DNA of 64,000 nucleotides, from assembly GCA_964560005.1 (NCBI GenBank), contig CAZLKB010000002.1, forward strand, positions 192,381 to 256,380, in the 5' to 3' direction. Numbering within the stretch: the stretch's first letter is position 1; each line of letters starts with the position of its first letter. The position numbers and the translations under genes are program-made. The stretch comes from an uncultured Gammaproteobacteria bacterium (GTDB lineage Bacteria > Patescibacteriota > Patescibacteriia > Patescibacteriales > GWC2-42-12). Shown here piece by piece: positions 1 to 8,409 of this stretch. The notes beneath the pieces were generated by a model. It was given only the letters and a program-made list of their open reading frames with translations, was not told where the DNA came from and did no database searches.

Positions 1-1070
1 CTGATAATAATTTAGTGAAAACTAAAGATAACTTAGTGGTTAGCGCTAAAACCAATGCCTACGGCCAAGCCGCGGTTTATGTTACCGGCGGAGATCCGAC
101 CCAGTATCAAGACACGGCCAGATATTTGATTTCAATTAAATATAAAAATTTAATTTTTGATCAGCCTGATATTAATATAGCGGCCGGAGCGGATACCCGG
201 GTTAACTTTGCTTTAAGCGGCTTGAATTTAACCGTGATAGACGCGGCGGATCAGAAGTTAAACAAAAGAACAGTTGCGGTCTACGAGCAAAAAATTGACG
301 CTAATAAACATAAAATTTTAGGCAAGAATCTGGCTAAGATTGTGCTTGACAATTACGGCAAGGGCGAGGTGGCTCTGCCCGCCGGCGTTTACGCGCTAAG
401 CTTTAAGGACAAGAGCGGCAAGACGGTTAATATTTGGGATATTAAAATAGCCAATGGTTCATTAACCAGCAAGGCGATCAACAATAATAAGGTTGCCCCG
501 GTAACAGCCGCGGCCGCTTCGGCTTTAGCCAATCGGTTAAAAGGCTATATTTTATTGCAAGTTGAAGCTAACGGCGAGGCTTGGTATCTAAATCCTAAGG
601 ATAAAAAAAGATACTACATGCAGGATGGTGCGAAATCTTTTGAAACCATGAGAAGCTTGGGCTTGGGTGTAAGCAATAGCGATTTAAGTAAGATTCCGAT
701 CGGCGTTTTGCCGGTGAACGGAGAGTCGGACTGCGATGCAGACGGCTTGCCCGATTCTTTAGAGAGAGCCATCGGCGCTTTAGAGTGCGATCAAGATAGC
801 GACAATGATGGTTATAGCGATAAAACAGAGGTACTCCATAATTATGATCCGCTCGGGCCGGGTAAGTTAATAATTGACGAAAAATTAGTTGTTAAACTGA
901 GCGGTGCCTTGCTTTTGCAAGTGGAGTCAAATGTTGAAATCTGGTATGTCAACCCCAGAGATAAAAAAAGATATTATATACCGGACAGCGGCGTTGGTTT
1001 TAAGGTGATGAAATATTTAAGCCTGGGCATCACCAACGCCAATTTGAATTTGATTGAGGCGGCGGAATAA
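1..1070 (+). CDS. Secreted repeat protein, probably 5'-truncated by the window edge
   Basis: The frame is open from nt 3 and the ORF track starts at GTG 15. It has two copies of a LLLQVE-N-E-WY-NP-DKKRYY module and an acidic DxDxDG (calcium-binding-like) stretch (DCDADGLPD...DQDSDNDGYSD). Confidence 0.7.
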   Translation, partial: DNNLVKTKDNLVVSAKTNAYGQAAVYVTGGDPTQYQDTARYLISIKYKNLIFDQPDINIAAGADTRVNFALSGLNLTVIDAADQKLNKRTVAVYEQKIDANKHKILGKNLAKIVLDNYGKGEVALPAGVYALSFKDKSGKTVNIWDIKIANGSLTSKAINNNKVAPVTAAAASALANRLKGYILLQVEANGEAWYLNPKDKKRYYMQDGAKSFETMRSLGLGVSNSDLSKIPIGVLPVNGESDCDADGLPDSLERAIGALECDQDSDNDGYSDKTEVLHNYDPLGPGKLIIDEKLVVKLSGALLLQVESNVEIWYVNPRDKKRYYIPDSGVGFKVMKYLSLGITNANLNLIEAAE

Positions 1071-1095
1071 AGTAAATATCTGATATTGTTACATA

Positions 1096-1125
1096 AAAAA
1101 TACTGATTTAAATCAGTATTTTTGT
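1096..1125 (+). terminator. Intrinsic terminator after the first ORF
   Basis: Perfect palindrome AAAAATACTGATTT/AAATCAGTATTTTT followed by a T-run. Confidence 0.7.
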
Positions 1126-1140
1126 TTAATAAAAGTAATC

Positions 1141-1169
1141 TTGCCTGAATAGAAAAGTTGAGGTAAGAT
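1141..1169 (+). promoter_or_regulatory. Sigma70-like promoter TTGCCT-17-TAAGAT directly abutting the cysS ATG
   Basis: -35 at 1141-1146, 17-nt spacer, -10 at 1164-1169. The ATG at 1176 lies 6 nt after the -10. Confidence 0.45.
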
Positions 1170-1175
1170 AAAAAC

Positions 1176-2651
1176 ATGGAAAAGATATATTTATACAATA
1201 CTTTAACCAGGAAAAAAGAGGAATTTAAGCCGATTAAAAAGGGTAAAATCGGTTTTTATCATTGCGGCCCCACGGTTTATTGGACCCAGCACATCGGCAA
1301 CCTGCGCGGCATGACCTGCGGCGATATAGTCGTGCGCAGTTTAAGGTATTTAGGCTATAAGGTGAAGCATGTCAGAAATTACACGGATGTCGGCCACTTG
1401 ATTTCCGACCAAGACCAGGGCGAGGACAAAATGGAAAAAGGCGCCAAACGCGAAGGCAAGACGCCGAAACAAGTCGCGGAAAAATATATTAAAGTTTTTG
1501 ATAATGACACGGCCGAGCTTAATCTTTTGGAGCCGGACAAGAAGCCCAGAGCCACCGAATATGTTAAAGAGATGATAGAAATGGTGCAAACTCTCGCGGC
1601 CAAAGGCTATGCTTACAACACCGATCTGGCGATCTATTTTGACACCACTAAAGCCAAAAATTACGGCCAACTTTCCGGGCAAGAAATTTCGGATAAACAA
1701 GCCGGCGCCGGCAGGGGCGAAGTGAGCGATCCGGAGAAAAAACATTCGGCGGATTTCGCTTTGTGGTTTTTTAAGGCCGGTTCGCATGAGCAAGCCATGC
1801 AATTTTGGCCGTCGCCCTTTAAGTCAAAATTAGCGGACAAGGGCTATGGTTTTCCCGGCTGGCACATTGAATGTTCGGCCATGAGCAAAAAATTGCTAGG
1901 CGATACCATTGATATTCATTTAGGCGGCATTGAGCATATCCCGGTGCATCATACCAATGAAATCGCCCAATCGGAAGCGGCCAATGGCGTTAAGTTCGTG
2001 AATTATTGGCTGCATAACGAGCATTTGCTGGTGAATGATAAAAAGATGTCCAAGTCGGCGGGTACGAGCTTCAGCCTGGCGGATGTTCAGGAAAAGGGCA
2101 TTGGCAATTCCTTGGTTTTGCGTTATTTTTTCTTACAAGCGCACTATCGCTCTAAGCAGAATTTTACCTGGGAAGCGCTAGCCGCCTCCGAAAATGGTTT
2201 TAATCACTTGGTTCACTTAGTTTGCGATTTAGGCGAGAAAACCGGCGTAATAAATAATGATTTCAAATTAAAATTTTCTAGCGCCCTAGCCGATGATTTT
2301 AATTTGCCTCAGGCCTTAGCCGTAGCCCAGGAGCTGTTTAAGTCTAATTTAGGCAACGCGGAAAAGTTGGCGACTATTCTGGATTTTGATAAAGTTTTGG
2401 GATTGGATTTAAAGAATAATTCTAAACTTAGGAGAACCTTTTTTTCTAAAAAAGTAAGCATCATTCCTAAATTCAGCTATATTAAATATCCCAAAGGAGT
2501 TGATAGTCTGGTTAAGAAGCTGTTTAAGGCCAGAGAGCGTGCCAGGCTTAATAAAGACTGGACGGAGTCCGACCGTTTGCGCCTGGAGATGGAAAAATTG
2601 GGCTGGAAGGTGGAAGATAGGAAAGAGGGGCAGAGAATTAGCAGGAAATAA
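1176..2651 (+). CDS. cysS: Cysteine--tRNA ligase
   Basis: Class I aaRS motifs: CGPTVY..HIGN (HIGH-like) and KMSKS (DKKMSKSAG). Length 491 aa. Confidence 0.95.
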   Translation: MEKIYLYNTLTRKKEEFKPIKKGKIGFYHCGPTVYWTQHIGNLRGMTCGDIVVRSLRYLGYKVKHVRNYTDVGHLISDQDQGEDKMEKGAKREGKTPKQVAEKYIKVFDNDTAELNLLEPDKKPRATEYVKEMIEMVQTLAAKGYAYNTDLAIYFDTTKAKNYGQLSGQEISDKQAGAGRGEVSDPEKKHSADFALWFFKAGSHEQAMQFWPSPFKSKLADKGYGFPGWHIECSAMSKKLLGDTIDIHLGGIEHIPVHHTNEIAQSEAANGVKFVNYWLHNEHLLVNDKKMSKSAGTSFSLADVQEKGIGNSLVLRYFFLQAHYRSKQNFTWEALAASENGFNHLVHLVCDLGEKTGVINNDFKLKFSSALADDFNLPQALAVAQELFKSNLGNAEKLATILDFDKVLGLDLKNNSKLRRTFFSKKVSIIPKFSYIKYPKGVDSLVKKLFKARERARLNKDWTESDRLRLEMEKLGWKVEDRKEGQRISRK

Positions 2652-2652
2652 G

Positions 2653-2698
2653 AGATGCTGAATCCCGCCCGAGGCGGGCAAGCAAGTTCAGCATGACA
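2653..2698. repeat. Hairpin repeat AGATGCTGAATC[19-nt insert]AAGTTCAGCATGACA (upstream copy)
   Basis: Same 27 nt as 3033-3059, interrupted at 2665-2683 by the GC-rich palindrome CCGCCCGAGGCGGGCAAGC. It also sits where a cysS terminator would be. Confidence 0.85.
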
Positions 2699-2708
2699 TT
2701 GCATACAT

Positions 2709-2735
2709 TGTCATTCCGGCCTCCGAGCCGGAATC
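2709..2735. repeat. GTCAT-anchored hairpin TGTCATTCCGGCCTCCGAGCCGGAATC
   Basis: 8-bp stem ATTCCGGC/GCCGGAAT. The same sequence recurs at 62254-62282. Confidence 0.85.
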
Positions 2736-2742
2736 TATTTTT

Positions 2743-3021
2743 ATGAGGAATAAAATGGGCTATATTTACATTATGGCTAATAAACCAAATGGTGTTTTGT
2801 ATATTGGAGTGACTTCAAATTTAGAGAATAGAATTTATCAACATAAGAATAATCTTATACCGGGCTTTACCTCAAAATATAATTTGAAAAATATTGTATA
2901 TTATGAAGTCTTCGATGATATTAGAGAGGCGATTAGTCGAGAAAAACAATTAAAAAATTGGCGGCGGCAATGGAAAATTGCTTTAATTGAAAAGGAAAAT
3001 CCTGGATGGAGAGATTTGTAA
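2743..3021 (+). CDS. GIY-YIG nuclease family protein (UPF0213/YhbQ-like, 92 aa)
   Basis: GYIYIM...VLYIGVTSNLENRIYQHK...REKQLKNW motif pattern typical of small GIY-YIG proteins. Confidence 0.9.
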   Translation: MRNKMGYIYIMANKPNGVLYIGVTSNLENRIYQHKNNLIPGFTSKYNLKNIVYYEVFDDIREAISREKQLKNWRRQWKIALIEKENPGWRDL

Positions 3022-3032
3022 AGTAAAATAAC

Positions 3033-3059
3033 AGATGCTGAATCAAGTTCAGCATGACA
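3033..3059. repeat. Hairpin repeat AGATGCTGAATCAAGTTCAGCATGACA (downstream, uninterrupted copy)
   Basis: Stem ATGCTGAA/TTCAGCAT. Direct repeat of 2653-2698 minus the insert. Confidence 0.85.
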
Positions 3060-3069
3060 GTTCTAAAAT

Positions 3070-4026
3070 ATGAATAATTTTTGGTCCTCCTTCGCTGAAG
3101 CTTCGGAGGATAAAGCAAAATTGAAAAAGCCTATTTACGCTCTGGCGCCCATGGCCGGAGTGGCGGACAGCGCTTTCAGGCAAATCTGCAAAGCTTACGG
3201 CGCGGATGTAGTCTATAGCGAAATGGCCAGCGCCGCCGCGCTGGCTTATAATCCGAAAAAAACTTTGGAATTATTAGAATTTTCTAAAAGCGAACGGCCG
3301 TATGTGGTTCAACTGTTCGGCGCTAAGCCGGATCATTTCGCTCGGGCAGTAAAAATCGTGGAAAAAAAAATTAAACCTGACGGCATTGATATAAATTTCG
3401 GCTGTCCGGTTAAAAAAGTCGCTCGCCAGGGCGCGGGCGCGGTGTTGATGGATAATTCTAAATTGGCGCGTGAAATAGTTGAAGCGACCATAAATAACAC
3501 CAATTTACCCTTGTCAATAAAAATAAGATCACGAGCCAGAAAGACTACGGCGTTAAATTTTTTAAAAGAAATGGCGGGGTTAGATATAAAAGCCGTGATG
3601 ATTCACGGACGGACCATGGCGCAGGGCCAGAGCGGGGAAGTGGATTGGAAAACCATAAAACGAGCGCGGCCGCTGGTCAAAGGGATTTTAATAGCCAATG
3701 GGGGAGTGAAGGACGCGTCGGATGCCGTAGAATTGCTTAAAAAGACCGGAGCTGACGGAATTGGAATAGGTCAAGGAGCCTTGGGAAGACCGTGGGTTTT
3801 TGAGGAAGTTAGAAGTAAGAAGTTAGAAGTAAGAAGAAAAGAAGAAATTTTCAGGGTGATGTTGAAACATGCCAAATTGGCGGAGAAGCTGAACGGCAAA
3901 CAAGGAATAGCGGAGATGCGAAAACATCTATGTTGGTATGTGAGTGGTTTGCCTAACGCCAGCAGTTTAAGGGAGCGATTGGTAAAGGTGGAAAGTTTAA
4001 GTGATATAAAAAAGATATTGAGGTAA
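3070..4026 (+). CDS. dus: tRNA-dihydrouridine synthase
   Basis: APMAGVADSAFRQIC...INFGCPVKKV...HGRT motifs of the Dus TIM-barrel family. Confidence 0.9.
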   Translation: MNNFWSSFAEASEDKAKLKKPIYALAPMAGVADSAFRQICKAYGADVVYSEMASAAALAYNPKKTLELLEFSKSERPYVVQLFGAKPDHFARAVKIVEKKIKPDGIDINFGCPVKKVARQGAGAVLMDNSKLAREIVEATINNTNLPLSIKIRSRARKTTALNFLKEMAGLDIKAVMIHGRTMAQGQSGEVDWKTIKRARPLVKGILIANGGVKDASDAVELLKKTGADGIGIGQGALGRPWVFEEVRSKKLEVRRKEEIFRVMLKHAKLAEKLNGKQGIAEMRKHLCWYVSGLPNASSLRERLVKVESLSDIKKILR

Positions 4027-4138
4027 TACTTTTTTTGTTTCCGCCCAAGACTGATACCTGCCTGCCGACAGGGGCTTTGTTAAAGGGGGCATATATGTTA
4101 TAATATAATTACTTGCTAAGAAGTAATTTTTTGATTTT

Positions 4139-4630
4139 ATGGCGATTATTAAATTCGGCAGACAGCCGGAAAAATCTTCATATAATATTGAAGTCTTGAA
4201 AGAAAGAGCCGCTTCGGGAACGGAGAAAGAAAGGATAAAAAAATTGGAGGAAGCCAGAAAGACGGTGATAGACGAAATTAACCAGGCGGAAAATATGGCG
4301 CCGCCGATGATCGGTCCGGTGGGCGGCGTTGCGGCGCCGACGATGCAAAGGCAAAAACAGATTGAAACCGTGCTGTCTTCCGGCTTAAACGAAATTTATT
4401 TAAATTTGACTCCGGAAAAACAAAAGCAATTTAAAAAGGCCGGCGAAGAAACCGCCGGCAAGATCAATCTTCTGCTGGCCAAGGCTAAAGTAAATATCGG
4501 AGCGATCATAAAATTAATCAGAAAATGGCTGTCGCTGATACCGGGCGTAAATAGGTATTTTCTAGAGCAGGAGGCGAAGATTAAGGCGGACGAGATATTA
4601 AAAATGAAAAATGAAAATCTCAAAATGTAA
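4139..4630 (+). CDS. Hypothetical protein (coiled-coil, 163 aa)
   Basis: Long ORF preceded by an extended -10 (TGTTATAAT at about 4098-4106). No recognisable domain. The 3' end is encoded by the left arm of a hairpin repeat. Confidence 0.6.
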   Translation: MAIIKFGRQPEKSSYNIEVLKERAASGTEKERIKKLEEARKTVIDEINQAENMAPPMIGPVGGVAAPTMQRQKQIETVLSSGLNEIYLNLTPEKQKQFKKAGEETAGKINLLLAKAKVNIGAIIKLIRKWLSLIPGVNRYFLEQEAKIKADEILKMKNENLKM

Positions 4631-4751
4631 AATATCAGTTTAAAGTGTAAAATTTGAATGCCTCTATTATGTAATTATGAACGACTTAAGGGAACGAAGC
4701 GATTTTAAATTTTACATTGTCATTTTCCATTTTGATTTTTACATTTTTAAC
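4598..4751. repeat. Long AT-rich inverted repeat (AAAATG/TGTAAAA words), homologous to 51288-51536
   Basis: Arms at 4598-4657 and 4701-4751. The 33-mer 4719-4751 is 31/33 identical to the reverse complement of 51288-51320. The 22-mer 4703-4724 is identical to 51440-51461. Confidence 0.8.
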
Positions 4752-4759
4752 TTTTTACC

Positions 4760-7300
4760 ATGGATTACGGATTAACCGATCAAAACGCCCAAGCCTGGAA
4801 TGACTTAAGCCTGAATATCAATATTGACGGCTGGCTGCTGTATTTAATTATCGCGCTGGGAGCGGTTATTATTTTTCTTTTGGCGCGTAAGATTATTTTA
4901 ACCTGGTCGTTAAATTCCAAGTACCATGAGCATAAAATTTATCTTTTAAGAGTGCCGAAAGAAAAACCCAACGAAAAAGAGCAATCAAGCGATAGCAATT
5001 ATCTTCAGCATTTGCGCGAGCAAATTTCCCGCGGCGAAACTATTTTTAAAGCCATTGGCGGCCTAAGAGCCGAGAGGTGGCAGCAGGGTTTTTCTTGGCT
5101 CCTGGGCCGAGCCGATCATTTTTCCTTTGAGATCGTGGCCAGCCAAAAATTCATCTCTTTTTACATAGCGGCGCCGGTCAGCCTAAGCCGTTATCTTGAA
5201 CAGCAAATCCAGGCCTATTATCCGGAAGCGGTATTAGAAGAAACCGTGGATTACAATATTTTCAGTTCGCGCGGACAAACCGTGGCCGGTTATTTAAAGA
5301 CCAAGCGCAATTCAATTTTCCCCCTGAAAACCTATAACAGCATGGAGGTTGACCCTTTAGAATCTTTAATTAATGTCTTATCAAAATTAGACCCCAACGA
5401 GAGCATCGCTATTCAATATATAGTAAGAAGCGCCTTGCCCGGCTGGCACGCTAAAGCCAACCGAGTGGTTTCCCAGGTGCATCAAGGCAAAAAATTATCC
5501 GAAGTGATGGATAGGGGCGCGGCCTCAATAATATTTTCTTGGTTCAGCGATTTAATCGCCGCCGCCAAGCCGCCGGAAACCGAAGAGAAGAAAATAAAAA
5601 AAGATTATCAGCCGACGGCGATGGAGCAGGAAGTATTAAAATCTATTGAAGAAAAAAATTCCAAAGCCGGCTTGGATGTTAATATCAGGATCGTGGCTAA
5701 CGCCGAAGATAAAGCGCGGGCCAAGAGCTATTTAAGCAACCTGCTCAACGCCTTCAGCCAGTATAATTATTACCAATACGGCAATGTTTTTTATAATAAC
5801 ACCTTTGCCGGCAGGTTAGCCCAAAGATTTTTAGTCAGAGATTTTATCTTCCGCCGCTTTAAGCCTAATATCAGCTTCCTATTGAATACCGAGGAACTGG
5901 CCAGCCTCTATCATCCGCCGCTTTCGGAAACCGAAACGCCGAATATTCTCTGGCTGTTCGCGAAATATTCGGCCGCGCCGTCAGGCATTCCGGACGAGGG
6001 CATAATTTTGGGAAAAAATGTTTATCGCGGCGTGGCCAAGGATATAAAAATAAAAAGACAAGACCGCCGCCGCCATACTTATGTTATCGGCAAATCCGGC
6101 GTCGGCAAGTCGGTGCTCTTAGCTTCCATGGCCGTACAGGACATCATTAACGGCGAGGGCGTCTGCATTATTGATCCTCACGGAGACTTGGTCAAAGACA
6201 TTATCCAAAGAATTCCGCCCGAGCGCGCCGGCGATGTGGTCTTATTCGCTCCGGCCGATACGGCGCGGCCCTTAGCCTTGAATTTATTGGAATTTGACGC
6301 GCGCTATCCGGAGCAAAAAACCTTCGTCATTAATGAAATGATCAAGATTTTTGATAAATTATACGACCTTAAGGCGACCGGCGGGCCGATCTTTGAACAG
6401 TATATGAGGAACGCCATGCTCTTAGTCATGAGCGATCCGGAGAGCGGCTCTACCTTAATGGAAATACCTAAAGTCTTGTCCGATCCGAATTTTAGAAAAA
6501 TGAAATTGGAAAAATGCTCTGATCCGACCGTGGTGGATTTTTGGAAGAAGGAAGCGGAGAAAGCCGGCGGCGAAGCGGCGCTGGCTAACGTTGTACCCTA
6601 TATCACCTCCAAGCTGACCTCGTTTATTTCCAACGATACCATGCGCCCGATTATCGGCCAGCAGAAAAGTTCGTTTAATTTGCGCGATATCATGGACAGT
6701 AAGAAAATTCTCTTAGTGGATTTGTCCAAAGGCCTTATCGGCGAAATGAACGCTTATCTCTTGGGCATGATCCTGGTGGGTAAAATTCTAATGTCCGCCC
6801 TGTCGCGAACCGATCAGCCGCAAGAAAAAAGAGTGGATTTTTATTTATATATTGACGAATTTCAGAATTTTACCACCGATTCCATAAATTCAATTTTATC
6901 CGAAGCCAGAAAATATAATTTAAACTTAATTATCGCCCATCAATACCTGGGCCAGCTGGTTAAGAACCAGGACACCTCCATAAAAAACGCGGTCTTCGGC
7001 AATGTCGGCACTTGGGTGGTGTTTAAAATCGGCTCGGAAGACGCCGAAACCATGGCCAAGGAGTTCGCGCCCGTTTTCAACCAATTTGACTTAATCAATG
7101 TTGAAAAATATACCGCTTATGTGAAATTATTAGTGGATAATAGTGCTTTCAGGCCGTTTTCCATGTCTACCATCTGGCCCTTGCCGGGCGCTAAAAATGA
7201 AGATATTGCCGCTAAAATAAGATCTTTAAGCCGGCTTAAATACGGCCAAGACAGGAATATTATAGAGGCGGAAATCATGAGAAGGGCGGAAAAAATTTAA
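4760..7300 (+). CDS. Membrane-anchored P-loop ATPase, type IV coupling protein-like (VirD4/TraD/TrwB family)
   Basis: N-terminal TM segment, Walker A GKSGVGKS, IIDPHGDL, Walker B YLYIDEFQNF, and ARKYNLNLIIAHQYLGQL typical of T4CP/TraD-type ATPases. Confidence 0.7.
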   Translation: MDYGLTDQNAQAWNDLSLNINIDGWLLYLIIALGAVIIFLLARKIILTWSLNSKYHEHKIYLLRVPKEKPNEKEQSSDSNYLQHLREQISRGETIFKAIGGLRAERWQQGFSWLLGRADHFSFEIVASQKFISFYIAAPVSLSRYLEQQIQAYYPEAVLEETVDYNIFSSRGQTVAGYLKTKRNSIFPLKTYNSMEVDPLESLINVLSKLDPNESIAIQYIVRSALPGWHAKANRVVSQVHQGKKLSEVMDRGAASIIFSWFSDLIAAAKPPETEEKKIKKDYQPTAMEQEVLKSIEEKNSKAGLDVNIRIVANAEDKARAKSYLSNLLNAFSQYNYYQYGNVFYNNTFAGRLAQRFLVRDFIFRRFKPNISFLLNTEELASLYHPPLSETETPNILWLFAKYSAAPSGIPDEGIILGKNVYRGVAKDIKIKRQDRRRHTYVIGKSGVGKSVLLASMAVQDIINGEGVCIIDPHGDLVKDIIQRIPPERAGDVVLFAPADTARPLALNLLEFDARYPEQKTFVINEMIKIFDKLYDLKATGGPIFEQYMRNAMLLVMSDPESGSTLMEIPKVLSDPNFRKMKLEKCSDPTVVDFWKKEAEKAGGEAALANVVPYITSKLTSFISNDTMRPIIGQQKSSFNLRDIMDSKKILLVDLSKGLIGEMNAYLLGMILVGKILMSALSRTDQPQEKRVDFYLYIDEFQNFTTDSINSILSEARKYNLNLIIAHQYLGQLVKNQDTSIKNAVFGNVGTWVVFKIGSEDAETMAKEFAPVFNQFDLINVEKYTAYVKLLVDNSAFRPFSMSTIWPLPGAKNEDIAAKIRSLSRLKYGQDRNIIEAEIMRRAEKI

Positions 7301-7401
7301 GGCGCTTTACAAAATATGGAAATTTGTGTAATATTTAAAAGCAAAATTTATAAATAATTAATATAACAATTAGAGATATTAATTAATTAAAATAAAAACA
7401 T

Positions 7402-8163
7402 ATGCCAAATCAAAACAAAAATTTAGGCGATGATTTAGATCCGGTGACGGATCCGATTCAATCGGCTGAAAGCGGCGAAGATAAGCCGGCCGATAGCGTG
7501 AAAGAATACTTAGGAGTAAATTTAAATAAAGCACCGGTTTCTTCGGCAGGTTCGACAGGCCTGCCTACCGGACAGGCAGGCTCAGGTCAGGCAAATAAGG
7601 AAGAAACAGTAAGCCTAGCTAAGTCAAAAATGGTTTTGGCCAAGAAATTATTAAATAACATTAAAGAGAATAATGAACGGTTGCTCCAGTTGTTGTCGCC
7701 CTTATTAAGCGCGCAGGACGAGGCTTCCATCAGTATCGGTCAGATGAGCGACGGCAGTTTTGAGGCCGGGGAAGAAAGTACGGGAGAATCCAGAACCATT
7801 GAGGGCGTGTTTGACGGCGAGAACATGATCGGCCCGGATGGCAAGCAGTATAATGTGCCGGCCAATTACGCTTCAAAATCCAAATTGGTTGAGGGCGATA
7901 TTTTAAAGCTGGCCATAACTTCAAGCGGCACTTTTATCTATAAGCAGATCGGTCCGATTGAGCGGGCTCGAGTGATCGGCAACTTGGAGCGTTCGGCCAC
8001 CGGTGAATACTTCGCCTTGGCGGACGGGAAAAAGTGGAGGCTGTTAACCGCCAGCGTGACTTATTTTAAAGGCGATACGGGCGATGAAGTGGTGATCCTG
8101 GTGCCGAAAAACGGCGAGAGCAAGTGGGCGGCGGTGGAGAATATAGTAAGAAAAACAGCATAA
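7402..8163 (+). CDS. Hypothetical protein with a disordered N-terminus and a beta-rich C-terminal domain
   Basis: 253-aa ORF with no recognisable motif. It contains an in-frame palindromic repeat at 7559-7581. Confidence 0.6.
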   Translation: MPNQNKNLGDDLDPVTDPIQSAESGEDKPADSVKEYLGVNLNKAPVSSAGSTGLPTGQAGSGQANKEETVSLAKSKMVLAKKLLNNIKENNERLLQLLSPLLSAQDEASISIGQMSDGSFEAGEESTGESRTIEGVFDGENMIGPDGKQYNVPANYASKSKLVEGDILKLAITSSGTFIYKQIGPIERARVIGNLERSATGEYFALADGKKWRLLTASVTYFKGDTGDEVVILVPKNGESKWAAVENIVRKTA

Positions 8164-8210
8164 TGGTTAATAAGCGATTAGTGAAAAATATATATAAGGT
8201 AATCGCCGGT

Positions 8211-8334
8211 ATTTTCAATTTTCAATTTTCAATTCTCAATTTTCAAACAATTTTCAATTTTTCAATGATTTAATTTAAAAATTAAGTCATTTAATCATTG
8301 TTTAAAAATTAAAAATTGAAAATTGAAAATTTTT
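8211..8334. repeat. Word-based long hairpin (TTTTCAA words vs TTGAAAA)
   Basis: The left arm is tandem ATTTTCA/ATTCTCA words. The right arm AAAAATTGAAAATTGAAAAT is their reverse complement. Confidence 0.8.
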
Positions 8335-8337
8335 ATT

Positions 8338-8366
8338 TTGTGCTATAAATAATAATCGGGTATAAT
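8338..8366 (+). promoter_or_regulatory. Candidate promoter TTGTGC-17-TATAAT upstream of dnaX
   Basis: Hexamers and 17-nt spacing read directly from the sequence. Confidence 0.4.
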
Positions 8367-8409
8367 GATGTAAACTCGTTTTCTATTGAAATTAGTAAAT
8401 ATGTAAATT

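Noticed and set aside
974-1198. A 74-aa minus-strand ORF bridging the first gene, its terminator and the cysS start.
   Set aside because: It overlaps a terminator palindrome, a promoter and two plus-strand coding regions, and its translation is low-complexity.
1350-1802. Antisense ORFs inside cysS (1350-1802 and 1379-1603, minus strand). Similar shadow ORFs lie inside other well-supported genes, for example 8658-8909, 9366-9683, 33966-34298, 36075-36419 and 53810-54052.
   Set aside because: They lie entirely within genes that have strong family motifs on the opposite strand, have low-complexity translations, and lack start-site signals. They are typical shadow ORFs.
8211-8334. Tandem ATTTTCA-type repeats here (and at 38670-38812) as a possible CRISPR array.
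   Set aside because: The units are 6-8 nt with no spacers, the two halves are reverse complements of each other, and no cas genes are present. They are hairpin arms, not CRISPR repeats.
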